Assembly: GCA_002897915.1 (NCBI GenBank)
Contig: BDTS01000055.1
Coordinates: 23,479 to 87,478 of the forward strand
Source: a bacterium BMS3Bbin09
GTDB taxonomy: Bacteria > Nitrospirota > Thermodesulfovibrionia > UBA6902
Length of the DNA stretch: 64,000 bases
Direction: 5' to 3'
This document shows positions 29,024 through 37,143 of the stretch, in pieces. Position 1 is the first letter of the stretch; every line of letters starts with the position of its first letter. A model generated the notes under the pieces. The model was not told where the DNA came from. It worked only from the letters and a program-made list of their open reading frames with translations, and made no database searches. The translations under genes and the position numbers were made by a program.

Positions 29024-29677
29024 ATGAAAATGAATTTCAAAACAATTTCTATAACATTAATGTCGTTAACGCTGTTGTTAATGTCCGTGTCCGTACAGGC
29101 AGAGAAAGTACCCGGCATTGTGGGTGTATACGACACTCTGCCCGGAGAAAAGTTCAAGTTTGACGGAAAGACGGTTGAAATCGTAGAGTTTATGAGCTTC
29201 TACTGCCACACCTGTTATAACTTTGAGAAATCAATCCCTGTCATCAAAGGAAACTTCCCAAAAAAGATCAAATGGAAGATCATTCCAATTTACTGGGGGG
29301 ATCACGGTTCTCCAAAGCCAGGAGAGGCATATCTTATAGCCGAAGAAATGGGCAAAGGCGAGGCAATGAAAAAAGCTCTCTTTGATGCCCAAATGGTTCA
29401 AAAAATAAATATTGGTGACATCAATGTCCTGGAATCCATAGGCAAGGAAGTCGGTCTCGGATCTGATTTTGGCAAAAAACTCAGGGCCGGAGATAAAACT
29501 GGAGAAACACAACAGGCCCTGGATATGGCTAAAAAGATCGGGATCAGTGAGACCCCCACAATAGTCATTGCCGGCAATATTAAAACAGATCCACATGCAA
29601 TGGATCATGATCTTGATATGTATAGAGACAATATTCTCATGATAATAAAGAGCATAGTTAAATCAGAACACCGGTAA
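29024..29677 (+). CDS. DsbA-like periplasmic thiol:disulfide oxidoreductase (CxxC = CHTC)
   Basis: It has a signal peptide, a thioredoxin-fold active site (FYCHTCYNFE) and a DsbA-like helical insertion. Confidence 0.6.
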   Translation: MKMNFKTISITLMSLTLLLMSVSVQAEKVPGIVGVYDTLPGEKFKFDGKTVEIVEFMSFYCHTCYNFEKSIPVIKGNFPKKIKWKIIPIYWGDHGSPKPGEAYLIAEEMGKGEAMKKALFDAQMVQKINIGDINVLESIGKEVGLGSDFGKKLRAGDKTGETQQALDMAKKIGISETPTIVIAGNIKTDPHAMDHDLDMYRDNILMIIKSIVKSEHR

Positions 29678-29785
29678 TGCTATTAATAGTTATGTTCAAA
29701 TAGGGACAGGCAAACAAGTTGTTGTAAAATCTAATCTTATTATGGTATAAAATAACGCTAACTCAAACTTATTAAGGAGATAAAC

Positions 29786-30688
29786 ATGAAAAAACTTTTC
29801 TATTCTGTAATTTTATTATCCTTCACAGCAGCTTTACTTACAGGTTGCCTTGGGGGCAAAGATTCAGACAGTCCCGTTATAGCAAAAGTCAATAACGATG
29901 TGGTTACACAGGAGGATTTTCTCAAGGAGATCAGCCGTGTGCCTGAATGGGCAAGAGGACAGTTCGAGGGGCAGGAAGGCAAAGATAAGTTCCTTGATGA
30001 GATCATCAAAAGAGAACTGATCTACCAGAATGCACTGGATATGAAACTGGATAACGACGAAGAATATATTGCAAAGGTTGAAGAATTCAAAAAAATGACC
30101 CTGATCTCGCTTCTCCTGCAGAAAGAAGTCGAAGAAAAGGCAACTGTATCCGAGGCTGAAATAAAAGACTTTTTTGATAAAAATGAGGAGAAGTTCAGGA
30201 TCGGTACAGAGATCAAGGCAAGCCATATATTGGTAGAAACAGAAAAAAAGGCAAAAGACATCATCAACAAGATCAACAACGGAGAAAAGTTCGCCAAGCT
30301 GGCCAAAAAATATTCAAAAGACAAGGGCTCTGCAGAAAAAGGCGGGGATCTGGGCTACTTCGGCAGGGGCAAGATGGTCCCTGAATTCGAACGCGCGGCA
30401 CTGAGCCTTAAAAAAGGAGAATTAAGCGCTCCTGTAAAAACTCGTTTCGGATTTCATATTATAAAGCTCATTGATATAAAGGAAGGGGAACCGGCCAATT
30501 TTGAGCAGTCAAAGGGATCTATCCAGAAACAGCTCATCTCCTTAAAACGGAAGCAGCTCTTCGATACATACATTGAAAGCCTCAAAAGCACGGGCAAAAT
30601 AGAAAAGAACGAGGAATTACTTAAGTCCATAGTGCTTCCCTGGGAAAAAGCGGTAGCACCGGCACCTGAGCCGGCGCCAGCTAAATAA
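29786..30688 (+). CDS. Parvulin-type peptidyl-prolyl cis-trans isomerase lipoprotein (PrsA/SurA-like)
   Basis: It has a lipobox (LLTGCLGG) and a PpiC domain (SHILV...GGDLGYFGRGKMVPEFE...FGFHIIKL). Confidence 0.8.
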   Translation: MKKLFYSVILLSFTAALLTGCLGGKDSDSPVIAKVNNDVVTQEDFLKEISRVPEWARGQFEGQEGKDKFLDEIIKRELIYQNALDMKLDNDEEYIAKVEEFKKMTLISLLLQKEVEEKATVSEAEIKDFFDKNEEKFRIGTEIKASHILVETEKKAKDIINKINNGEKFAKLAKKYSKDKGSAEKGGDLGYFGRGKMVPEFERAALSLKKGELSAPVKTRFGFHIIKLIDIKEGEPANFEQSKGSIQKQLISLKRKQLFDTYIESLKSTGKIEKNEELLKSIVLPWEKAVAPAPEPAPAK

Positions 30689-30710
30689 GCATCAGTTATA
30701 ACAAATTAAA

Positions 30711-30740
30711 AGGGCCCCGCAATGCGGGGCCCTTTTTTAA
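30711..30740 (+). terminator. Rho-independent terminator downstream of the PpiC gene
   Basis: The stem GGGCCCCGC / GCGGGGCCC with loop AAT is followed by TTTTTT. Confidence 0.75.
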
Positions 30741-30763
30741 TATAAGTCTCATTGAAGCGGATG

Positions 30764-31030
30764 CTATGCACCGCTTAATTCGGCTTTATAAATGTCGCAA
30801 GCATTCGTTTGATTTCTATGACAACGCTTATAAGGTTGCCATAATCTGTTTGACTCAGCATTTCGAGATCCTTTATAAGCAATATTAGTAGGGATTGAAG
30901 CAGCGGCACGCCGAATCTGACTTGTCAGACCATGTAATTCGTTTTTCGGAAAAGAGGTTGTTACATGATATACTTCCCTAGTTAATTTGTGTGCTTTTAC
31001 CCACACTTTGAGTTGTTTGAAATCTTTCAA
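30764..31030 (-). pseudogene. Four-helix-bundle protein (23S rRNA IVS / Avd-like family) disrupted by an internal deletion plus frameshift
   Basis: The N-terminal 52 aa (MKDFKQLKVWVKAHKLTREVYHVTTSFPKNELHGLTSQIRRAAASIPTNIA) match the family. The family C-terminus (DLEMLSQTDYGNLISVVIEIKRMLATFIKPN) is readable only in the +1 frame after a ~17-codon gap. The start is TTG. Confidence 0.65.
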
Positions 31031-31616
31031 TATTCGCCCGGTTTATTCTTTTGCTGAACGCTGACAGCTGAAAACTGATAGCTTTTAGAAATGCCTGGTT
31101 CTGCGTAGAGGCAGATACCCTTTTCTTCAATGCCAGATATGTGAGATAGTCTTTCACATCAGCGGAATCCATACTAATAGCATCCGCCTGTTTCACCTTC
31201 ACATCCTTTATGTAATCAAAAAAACATTTCAACCAATATGTATATGTTTGTTCAGTCCTGTACGAATAATGCCTTATACGAATCGCCTCTCGCACCTTAT
31301 CAATCAGGCTTTTGATATCATGCCGAGAACATACCGCTTTAACGTTCCTATTGTTGTTAATTGCAGGATCAACATGATTGAAATACAAACGAACAGCATC
31401 ATGCGCCTGTCTTATTTGCCAATCAGCTATTTTGTTTTGAGTCGCAAGATAATTGATGAACTTTTCCACTTGCAAAGCTTGATTTAACTCCTTGTTATTA
31501 TTAGAAAAAGCCAAGAATTTACTTGCCCAATTAGCGTAATATGTGATATATTTCTCTTGGACAAGGCACTTGGTACGCAAATACTTCTGATAATCAGGTA
31601 ACAAGTCGTTATTCAT
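30978..31616 (-). pseudogene. Tyrosine recombinase fragment: two tandem N-terminal SAM-like/core-binding domains, with the catalytic domain missing
   Basis: The second domain (IRHYSYRTEQTYTYWLKCFFDYI...KRVSASTQNQAFLKAISF) aligns well to the IntI/XerD N-domain (HYSxRTEQxYxxW...KVSxSTxxQA). No R..HxxR..Y catalytic domain follows; the ORF runs into the four-helix-bundle pseudogene. Confidence 0.6.
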
Positions 31617-31668
31617 GATTCATTTTCTGAAAATAACAATAATACCTTAAAATGTCGATTCTACCTAT

Positions 31669-31721
31669 CGTATAGCGTTTTATCCATAATGACTCCGTCA
31701 CTACGGATAAAACGCTATACG
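31669..31721. repeat. Perfect 17-bp inverted repeat CGTATAGCGTTTTATCC / GGATAAAACGCTATACG with a 19-nt spacer
   Basis: Read directly from the sequence. It lies between the recombinase fragment and the antitoxin gene, and has no canonical attC R'/R'' boxes. Confidence 0.85.
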
Positions 31722-31807
31722 TTCTGTCTATGAAATATAAATATCTTGCATAAATGTACTGTAAATAGCATATTATAAATAAAGCTATTAATAGCGAGGA
31801 GTTATTT

Positions 31808-32035
31808 ATGATAAAAACAGATGAGCTAATTTCGGAAGCAGTATCATTACCTGTTGAGACTAGGATAATGTTAGTGAATAAACTTCTTGAAAGCCTGAAT
31901 CCATCAAAGAAAGACATTGATGATTTATGGGCTAAGGAAGCAGAGGAAAGAATTGCAGACTTTAGAAGTGGAAGGGAAAAAGCAATTCCAGGGGAAGCAG
32001 TTTTTAAAGAGATTCGAGAAAAATACAATAAATGA
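31808..32035 (+). CDS. Type II antitoxin, putative addiction-module component (TIGR02574-like)
   Basis: 75 aa (MIKTDELISEAVSLPVETRIMLVNKLLESLNP...DDLWAKEAEERIADFRSG) match the family signature. The stop overlaps the toxin start (ATGA). Confidence 0.7.
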   Translation: MIKTDELISEAVSLPVETRIMLVNKLLESLNPSKKDIDDLWAKEAEERIADFRSGREKAIPGEAVFKEIREKYNK

Positions 32036-32167
32036 AATATTCTTTTCATCCTCTGGCCAGACAAGAGTTGATTGATGCAATTGATTACTACAATGAGTGC
32101 CAAGATGAATTAGGTCTGAAATTCGCAGAAGAAGTTTATAAAGCTATCCAACTTATTCTACAGTTTC
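32032..32167 (+). pseudogene. ParE/RelE-family toxin gene, 5' part, interrupted by the IS256-family insertion
   Basis: MKYSFHPLARQELIDAIDYYNECQDELGLKFAEEVYKAIQLILQF is then broken at the insertion site. It continues in frame at 33591 once the IS and one TSD copy are removed. Confidence 0.75.
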
Positions 32168-33590
32168 GAGAATGTCAAGTTTTTAGTTGAAACTGTCTGA
32201 GTGGCTCTCATCTTCATCTCGTATTTTTATGCAGCCTTCCTGTCAATTAATTCTTTGTTCTGCTGAGTTTCGATATTTTTTATAACCTCAGGAATTGAAG
32301 CGTAGCCTTTGATCCGCCTGAACCTTTTTTCACTGTATACAAGAACCGATGCCAGCCAGCGCTGCATCATCCTGCTGTTACGGTACCGCTTGATATTACC
32401 CTCAGCATCTCTCACTATGGAAAACATACTCTCTATAGGATTGGTAGAATGCAGAGTCTTTCTCAGCAAGCCTGGTACTTTAAGCTTGTGAACGGTGAGA
32501 ATCTCTTCTATAGCTTCCATAAGAGAATCAGCTGCCGACTCATTGATGCTGCGCAGCCACTTCTCCATATCCAATAACATCTGACGGGCATCTTCATAAC
32601 TGTTTTGCTCCAAGGCCGTCCTGAATAGACGATGCGCTTTTTTTCGGTACTTTTTTGCCAGATGCCTCTGAATGTTTTTATCTTTATGAATAGTACACCG
32701 CTGGTGAATCAGCTTCTTGCCAAATCGCTTACGCAATGCCTTGATAATTCCCTTGCCTCCATCCGTGATACAGATGATATGCCGGCTCACTTTCAATCCG
32801 CGCCTCTCCATATCCCCAAATAGCTCTTCACATATCTCATGATTCTCCGTCGCTCCCTGCCAGAATCCCAATACCTTCTTTATTCCTTCTGTATCAATCC
32901 CCAGTCCGATTATGAATGCCTCCCCTCCACGATGGATCGTATCAAGAAATATCGCAAAAGGTTTATATTCCGATAATGACCGCTCCTTAAATTCCCGCAG
33001 CTGCTTTGCCGTTGCCTCAACTATATGCCTGGATACTGATCCGGCTGACACTCCAAATGCCCCTGCCGCATCCACCACCGTCTCTGCATACTTCCGGCAT
33101 GATATTCCTCTCAATACCTTATTCAGAAGCTCCTGTGAAAACTGCTCCCGTTCCTTCAGCTTTCTGTAACTCCTTAACTCTATCTCCCCCTCTGGCCCTC
33201 GAAGGCGCGGGTGCTGCACCCTTATCTTCTGATCTCCTATATAGACTGATCCGGGCTGGCTTGCCCACTTATATACATCAGGACTCAATGGCTGATATTC
33301 AGGTCCTGCAATCTCCTCCCGCTCTATATACATGATCGTCTCTGCCATCATCCTTCCAATTCCCTTCATGTATACATCAAATCCGGCTTTGCCCTTTGCA
33401 TATATTTCATACATCTGCTCCAGTATCTCCTGTTTACCCAATGCTTCTTCCATCCCTCTTGTTGCTTTTTTTCTCTTCTTTGTGCTTTTCTTCATTAGTG
33501 GCTCCTCCTTTTTAAGGATATTGGTTACCCGTGGATTATATCCACGGGGGAGCCACTCTTTCAACTTTCAACTAAGAATAGTATATCCTC
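32168..33590 (-). mobile_element. IS256 (Mutator) family insertion sequence, 1423 bp, with ~40-bp imperfect terminal inverted repeats and an 8-bp target-site duplication ACAGTTTC
   Basis: The TSD copies are at 32160-32167 and 33591-33598. The ends read GAGAATGTCAAGTTTTTAGTTGAAACTGTCTGAGTGGCTC and, reverse-complemented, GAGGATATACTATTCTTAGTTGAAAGTTGAAAGAGTGGCTC. It carries a single transposase ORF. Confidence 0.8.
32227..33495 (-). CDS. IS256-family (mutator-type) DDE transposase
   Basis: Family motifs are present (LDTIH, ITDGGKGI, HQRCTIHKDKN, HSTNPIESMFSIVR). The start is taken at MKKSTKKRKK; the longer ORF would read through the right inverted repeat. Confidence 0.8.
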   Translation of the reverse strand: MKKSTKKRKKATRGMEEALGKQEILEQMYEIYAKGKAGFDVYMKGIGRMMAETIMYIEREEIAGPEYQPLSPDVYKWASQPGSVYIGDQKIRVQHPRLRGPEGEIELRSYRKLKEREQFSQELLNKVLRGISCRKYAETVVDAAGAFGVSAGSVSRHIVEATAKQLREFKERSLSEYKPFAIFLDTIHRGGEAFIIGLGIDTEGIKKVLGFWQGATENHEICEELFGDMERRGLKVSRHIICITDGGKGIIKALRKRFGKKLIHQRCTIHKDKNIQRHLAKKYRKKAHRLFRTALEQNSYEDARQMLLDMEKWLRSINESAADSLMEAIEEILTVHKLKVPGLLRKTLHSTNPIESMFSIVRDAEGNIKRYRNSRMMQRWLASVLVYSEKRFRRIKGYASIPEVIKNIETQQNKELIDRKAA

Positions 33591-33756
33591 ACAGTTTCCT
33601 CAAGCTTGGTCCCCCTTTTCAAAAAACACCCGACGATGCATAATGAATAGATTCCCGTACGGAATTATTTATCAAGAAATAAAAGATAATATTTTAATAA
33701 TTGCAGTCATGCAATTAAATAAAGAACCCATTTATTGGCATAAGAGAGTGAAATAG
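33591..33756 (+). pseudogene. ParE/RelE-family toxin gene, 3' part, downstream of the IS
   Basis: It reads PQAWSPFSKNTRRCIMNRFPYGIIYQEIKDNILIIAVMQLNKEPIYWHKRVK*. Joined to the 5' part it gives a ~97-aa RelE/ParE-like protein. Confidence 0.75.
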
Positions 33757-33775
33757 AGCAGCACAGAACAATTCA

Positions 33776-34429
33776 TTGGTCTCGAATGCAAGCCAGCGGA
33801 AGCTTTTTTTGCTTCCATTATTTTTTTATGTTCAAATCAGTTTTCAGCATGTTATTATTCTCAAGGGCTTGCATCGGACAATTCATCGTTGGTTAAGCCA
33901 GAACGGCTGGGCATCGGGCTTAAATACAGGAGGAACATTGACATATAATCTGAATGCCGGATTAAGCATGGATTGGGGCACAAATTTATGGAGACTGCCA
34001 ACAGTAACGGACACAGGGAATGATGGATGTAACTTTGGCTACAGTGGAACAGATTGTGGCTATAATATAGACACAAGCACGGGAGAGATGGCACATCTGT
34101 GGTTTGATGAGCTGGGTAATCTGGCATATTACGACACATTAGGCAACGAAAATCAAGACGGCTGGGGTCTGACAAACACCGGAAATTTTCAGAATCTGCA
34201 GGCCGGCTACTATTGGTCTGATACTGAGTATTCTCCCGATCCTACGCTCGCGTGGGACTTCAGTACGAGCTACGGCCACAAGGGCGTCCCCAGCAAGTAC
34301 TTTCAAGAGCAAGGTATAGCCGTTCGATCCGGACAACTCGCCGTTGCCCCGGAGCCGGTATCGACAGTATTATTCCTGATCGGCGGAGTATTGCTTGCAG
34401 GACGAATGAGATACAGACAGCGTAATTAG
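33776..34429 (+). CDS. PEP-CTERM sorting-domain protein (possible DUF1566/Lcl-like region); the 5' end is probably frameshifted
   Basis: The C-terminus is APEPVSTVLFLIGGVLLAGRMRYRQRN (PEP motif, TM, basic tail). The ORF starts with TTG and has no signal peptide. A signal-like peptide (MFKSVFSMLLFSRACIGQFIVG) is encoded from ATG 33828 in another frame and stops at 33896. Confidence 0.55.
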   Translation: MVSNASQRKLFLLPLFFYVQISFQHVIILKGLHRTIHRWLSQNGWASGLNTGGTLTYNLNAGLSMDWGTNLWRLPTVTDTGNDGCNFGYSGTDCGYNIDTSTGEMAHLWFDELGNLAYYDTLGNENQDGWGLTNTGNFQNLQAGYYWSDTEYSPDPTLAWDFSTSYGHKGVPSKYFQEQGIAVRSGQLAVAPEPVSTVLFLIGGVLLAGRMRYRQRN

Positions 34430-34814
34430 CCCTTTGGTGACTTGAATAATTTGGTACTTTGTCTTTCGGGGTTTGCAGGGAGTATCCCCCTGCTTCCCGA
34501 GATTAAGGAAGAAAAAATCCCATTGAAAGCTATTGAAAAACCTCGTAGTAGTAGCTCCTGAAATATCACATCATATTTATTGCCAGCAAATATAAAAAAG
34601 ACAAAAGATAAAGAATAGTTTATTCTTTAAAGTGCCTCTGAATTTGTTAACAGTTTGGTGCTAATCTGCATATAACAATTTGATGCACAAGAATGCAGAA
34701 CCTCAATCATCAAATTGACCTTTAATATTTTATGATGTGTAAATTGTTTTCTGAGCAAGAAAGTACGCTTCTGGTTCTGCATCTATGATCAAGACGTTAA
34801 AACTCCAAATAGAT

Positions 34815-34842
34815 ATTGACAATAGGTATAATTAAGGTATAA
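34815..34842 (+). promoter_or_regulatory. Consensus sigma70-like promoter TTGACA-16-TATAAT upstream of brnT
   Basis: TTGACA at 34815-34820 and TATAAT at 34837-34842, with the brnT ATG at 34855. Confidence 0.5.
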
Positions 34843-34854
34843 TAATTATATATT

Positions 34855-35115
34855 ATGAATTTTGAATTTGATGATAATAAAAGCAACACCAATAAAAAGA
34901 AACATAAGATTAATTTCAATGAAGCCCAGGAATTATGGGATGATCCTGATTTAATTGAAATTCCTATTATATCAAGTGATGAGTCACGATATTTAGTAAT
35001 TGGAAAAATATCAGGGAAACATTGGTCAGGCATTATTACTTATAGAGAAGAAATAATAAGGATTATATCTGTTAGGCGTTCCAGGAAAGAGGAGGTTGAT
35101 ATATATGAAAGCTAA
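34855..35115 (+). CDS. brnT: BrnT-family toxin (DUF497 ribonuclease)
   Basis: 86 aa with family motifs (FEFDDNKSNTNKKKHKINFNEAQELWDDP...RIISVRRSRKEE). Confidence 0.75.
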   Translation: MNFEFDDNKSNTNKKKHKINFNEAQELWDDPDLIEIPIISSDESRYLVIGKISGKHWSGIITYREEIIRIISVRRSRKEEVDIYES

Positions 35116-35329
35116 AGACATTGACAAGAAATTTGATGAAGGCAAGGATATTTCGAAACATCTTGACCTTTCAAAAGCCAGAAGACCTGAGCAGGAACAA
35201 AAAAGGGTTAATGTAGACTTCCCCTTATGGATGATCCAACAATTGGACAGAGAAGCAAAACGTTTGGGTGTGCCTCGTCAATCTATCATTAAGGTTTGGG
35301 TAGCAGAGCGTCTTGAAAGAGCATCTTAA
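35096..35329 (+). CDS. brnA: BrnA-family antitoxin (ribbon-helix-helix / CopG-like C-terminus)
   Basis: The start overlaps brnT. The C-terminal segment VNVDFPLWMIQQLDREAKRLGVPRQSIIKVWVAERL is typical. Confidence 0.7.
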   Translation: MIYMKAKDIDKKFDEGKDISKHLDLSKARRPEQEQKRVNVDFPLWMIQQLDREAKRLGVPRQSIIKVWVAERLERAS

Positions 35330-35399
35330 ATAATGTTCTAACAAGTCACTTAAGAGGAGGCTCTAAAGCTGGCGCTTTTGCGCACCCCTCATTTCGGCG

Positions 35400-37091
35400 T
35401 TAGACACTTTTTAAATATTCCAGCACCTTTGAAGGGGCGAGCCTGTCCGTCTCTTTTGTCTTTCTTGATTTAACCTCGACCACTCCTTCTTTGAGACCCT
35501 TTTTGCCGATAACCACCTGCCACGGTATCCCGAGCAGGTCGGCATCCTTGAATTTAACGCCGGGCCTCTCGTCCCGATCATCCATGAGCACATCGATACC
35601 CGCATTGATCAGGTCATTATATAGTGTATCGGCTATGCTCAGGACATCATCTTCGGAGCCAAGCGGAATGATCTCTACATCAAATGGTGAGATACTCGAT
35701 GGCCATATTATTCCATCCTTGTCATTGTTCTGCTCGATAGCAGCCGCAGCTATACGAGCAGGACCGATGCCGTAGCTCCCCATTATGATAGTCTCTTCTT
35801 TTCCATTCTCGTCCAGGTACACAGCCTTAAGCGGTTTGGAATATTTTGTGCCGAGCTTAAAAATATTGCCGATCTCTATTACATTTTCAGCTGTTAACGG
35901 ACCGCCGCACTTTGAACAGGTGTCCCCCTGCCCCGCAATATGGATGTCATGCCATTCGGCCGTAAAATGCTCGCCCGGTTTGATGCCCCTTGTATGAAAA
36001 CCTGCTTTGTTCGCGCCTGCAATATAGACACCTTCTTTCAATGATACGTCTGCAATGATCTTAATGTCCCTGTTATTGGGACCGATAAAACCAGCCTCGA
36101 CACAAAGTATCTCTTTGACCTCGTCTTTTTGCGCGGGTCTGAATTCACCCGTTATCCTTTGCAGCTTCTTTTCATGGAGCTCCTGGTCACCCCTCACCAA
36201 GGCGAGAAATGGCCCGTCATCGCCAATCAATAAAAGACTCTTTATAAAACATGACGGGGCCTCTTTCAAAAAGTTCGAGACCTCGGCGACCGTCCTTTTT
36301 TCGGGTGTTTCAACATCTTCCATTTCATTTTGTACGGGCACGGCATGTCGTGCCCCTACTATTTGTTGGGACGGGACTGATAGCGCCAACTCAACGTTTG
36401 CTGAATAGCCGCACTTATCACAAAGCACAACAGTATCTTCACCAGCGGGGCTTGGCGCCATAAACTCATGCGCAGTTGCACCACCCATCATTCCGGGGTC
36501 GCTTTCAACCTGAAGAAATTTCAGACCGCATCTTTCGAATATTTTATGGTAGGCCCCTGCATGTTTCTGATAATTTATTTCGAGACCGGCCTCGTCCCTG
36601 TCAAAGCTGTAACTGTCTTTCATCGTGAACTCACGCGTCCTCAATATCCCGCTCTTTGGTCTGGCCTCGTCTCTGAACTTTGTCTGTATCTGATACCAGG
36701 TCTGCGGCAGGTCCCTGTAGGAACTTATCTCCATCGATGCAAGCCAGGTAATGATCTCTTCATGGGTCATTCCAAGACACATATCTCTTCCGCCCCTATC
36801 CTTCAGCCTGAACATCTCATCCCCGATCTCGTCCCACCTTCCGGTTTTTTCCCATATCTCGGACGGATGAAGGCAGGGCATCGATATTTCCTGCGCGCCG
36901 ATCGCATTCATTTCTTCCCTGATAATATTGTTTATCTTTTCCATGATCCTTAATGCCAGCGGAAGATAAATATAGAGACCGGCCGCGAGCTGCCTCACAT
37001 AACCGGCACGAACCATCAGTATATGGCTTATGGCCTCGGCATCGGCAGGCGCCTCACGTAATGTTGGAATAAAGATATTCGAAAACCGCAT
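35400..37091 (-). CDS. proS: Proline--tRNA ligase (bacterial type)
   Basis: It has class II aaRS motifs, a ProRS catalytic core and a C-terminal anticodon-binding domain. A palindromic repeat lies in frame at 36332-36362. Confidence 0.95.
   Translation of the reverse strand: MRFSNIFIPTLREAPADAEAISHILMVRAGYVRQLAAGLYIYLPLALRIMEKINNIIREEMNAIGAQEISMPCLHPSEIWEKTGRWDEIGDEMFRLKDRGGRDMCLGMTHEEIITWLASMEISSYRDLPQTWYQIQTKFRDEARPKSGILRTREFTMKDSYSFDRDEAGLEINYQKHAGAYHKIFERCGLKFLQVESDPGMMGGATAHEFMAPSPAGEDTVVLCDKCGYSANVELALSVPSQQIVGARHAVPVQNEMEDVETPEKRTVAEVSNFLKEAPSCFIKSLLLIGDDGPFLALVRGDQELHEKKLQRITGEFRPAQKDEVKEILCVEAGFIGPNNRDIKIIADVSLKEGVYIAGANKAGFHTRGIKPGEHFTAEWHDIHIAGQGDTCSKCGGPLTAENVIEIGNIFKLGTKYSKPLKAVYLDENGKEETIIMGSYGIGPARIAAAAIEQNNDKDGIIWPSSISPFDVEIIPLGSEDDVLSIADTLYNDLINAGIDVLMDDRDERPGVKFKDADLLGIPWQVVIGKKGLKEGVVEVKSRKTKETDRLAPSKVLEYLKSV
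36332..36362. repeat. Copy 2 of the GGGCACGGCATG(C/T)CGTGCCC palindromic element, in frame inside proS (encodes GARHAVP)
   Basis: 28 of 31 nt are identical to 15186-15216 including flanks (GTA.GGGCACGGCATG.CGTGCCCCTACT.T). Confidence 0.85.
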
Positions 37092-37143
37092 AATTACCTC
37101 TTTTTAGAGTTTCAATATATTAACGCAACAACCATCATAAACC

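Noticed and set aside
31617-31807. Integron attI/attC site next to the integrase-like fragment
   Set aside because: The 17-bp inverted repeat lacks the R''/R' core boxes (RYYYAAC / GTTRRRY) and the extrahelical-base architecture of attC. It is reported only as an unexplained inverted repeat.
33006-33643. Plus-strand ORFs of 85-109 aa within the IS element
   Set aside because: They are antisense to the IS256-family transposase. Its conserved DDE motifs make the minus-strand frame the real one.
34430-34850. tRNA or other integration target at the right side of the island
   Set aside because: No cloverleaf-compatible sequence or GTTCGAATC-type T-arm is found. The region is AT-rich spacer carrying the brnT promoter.
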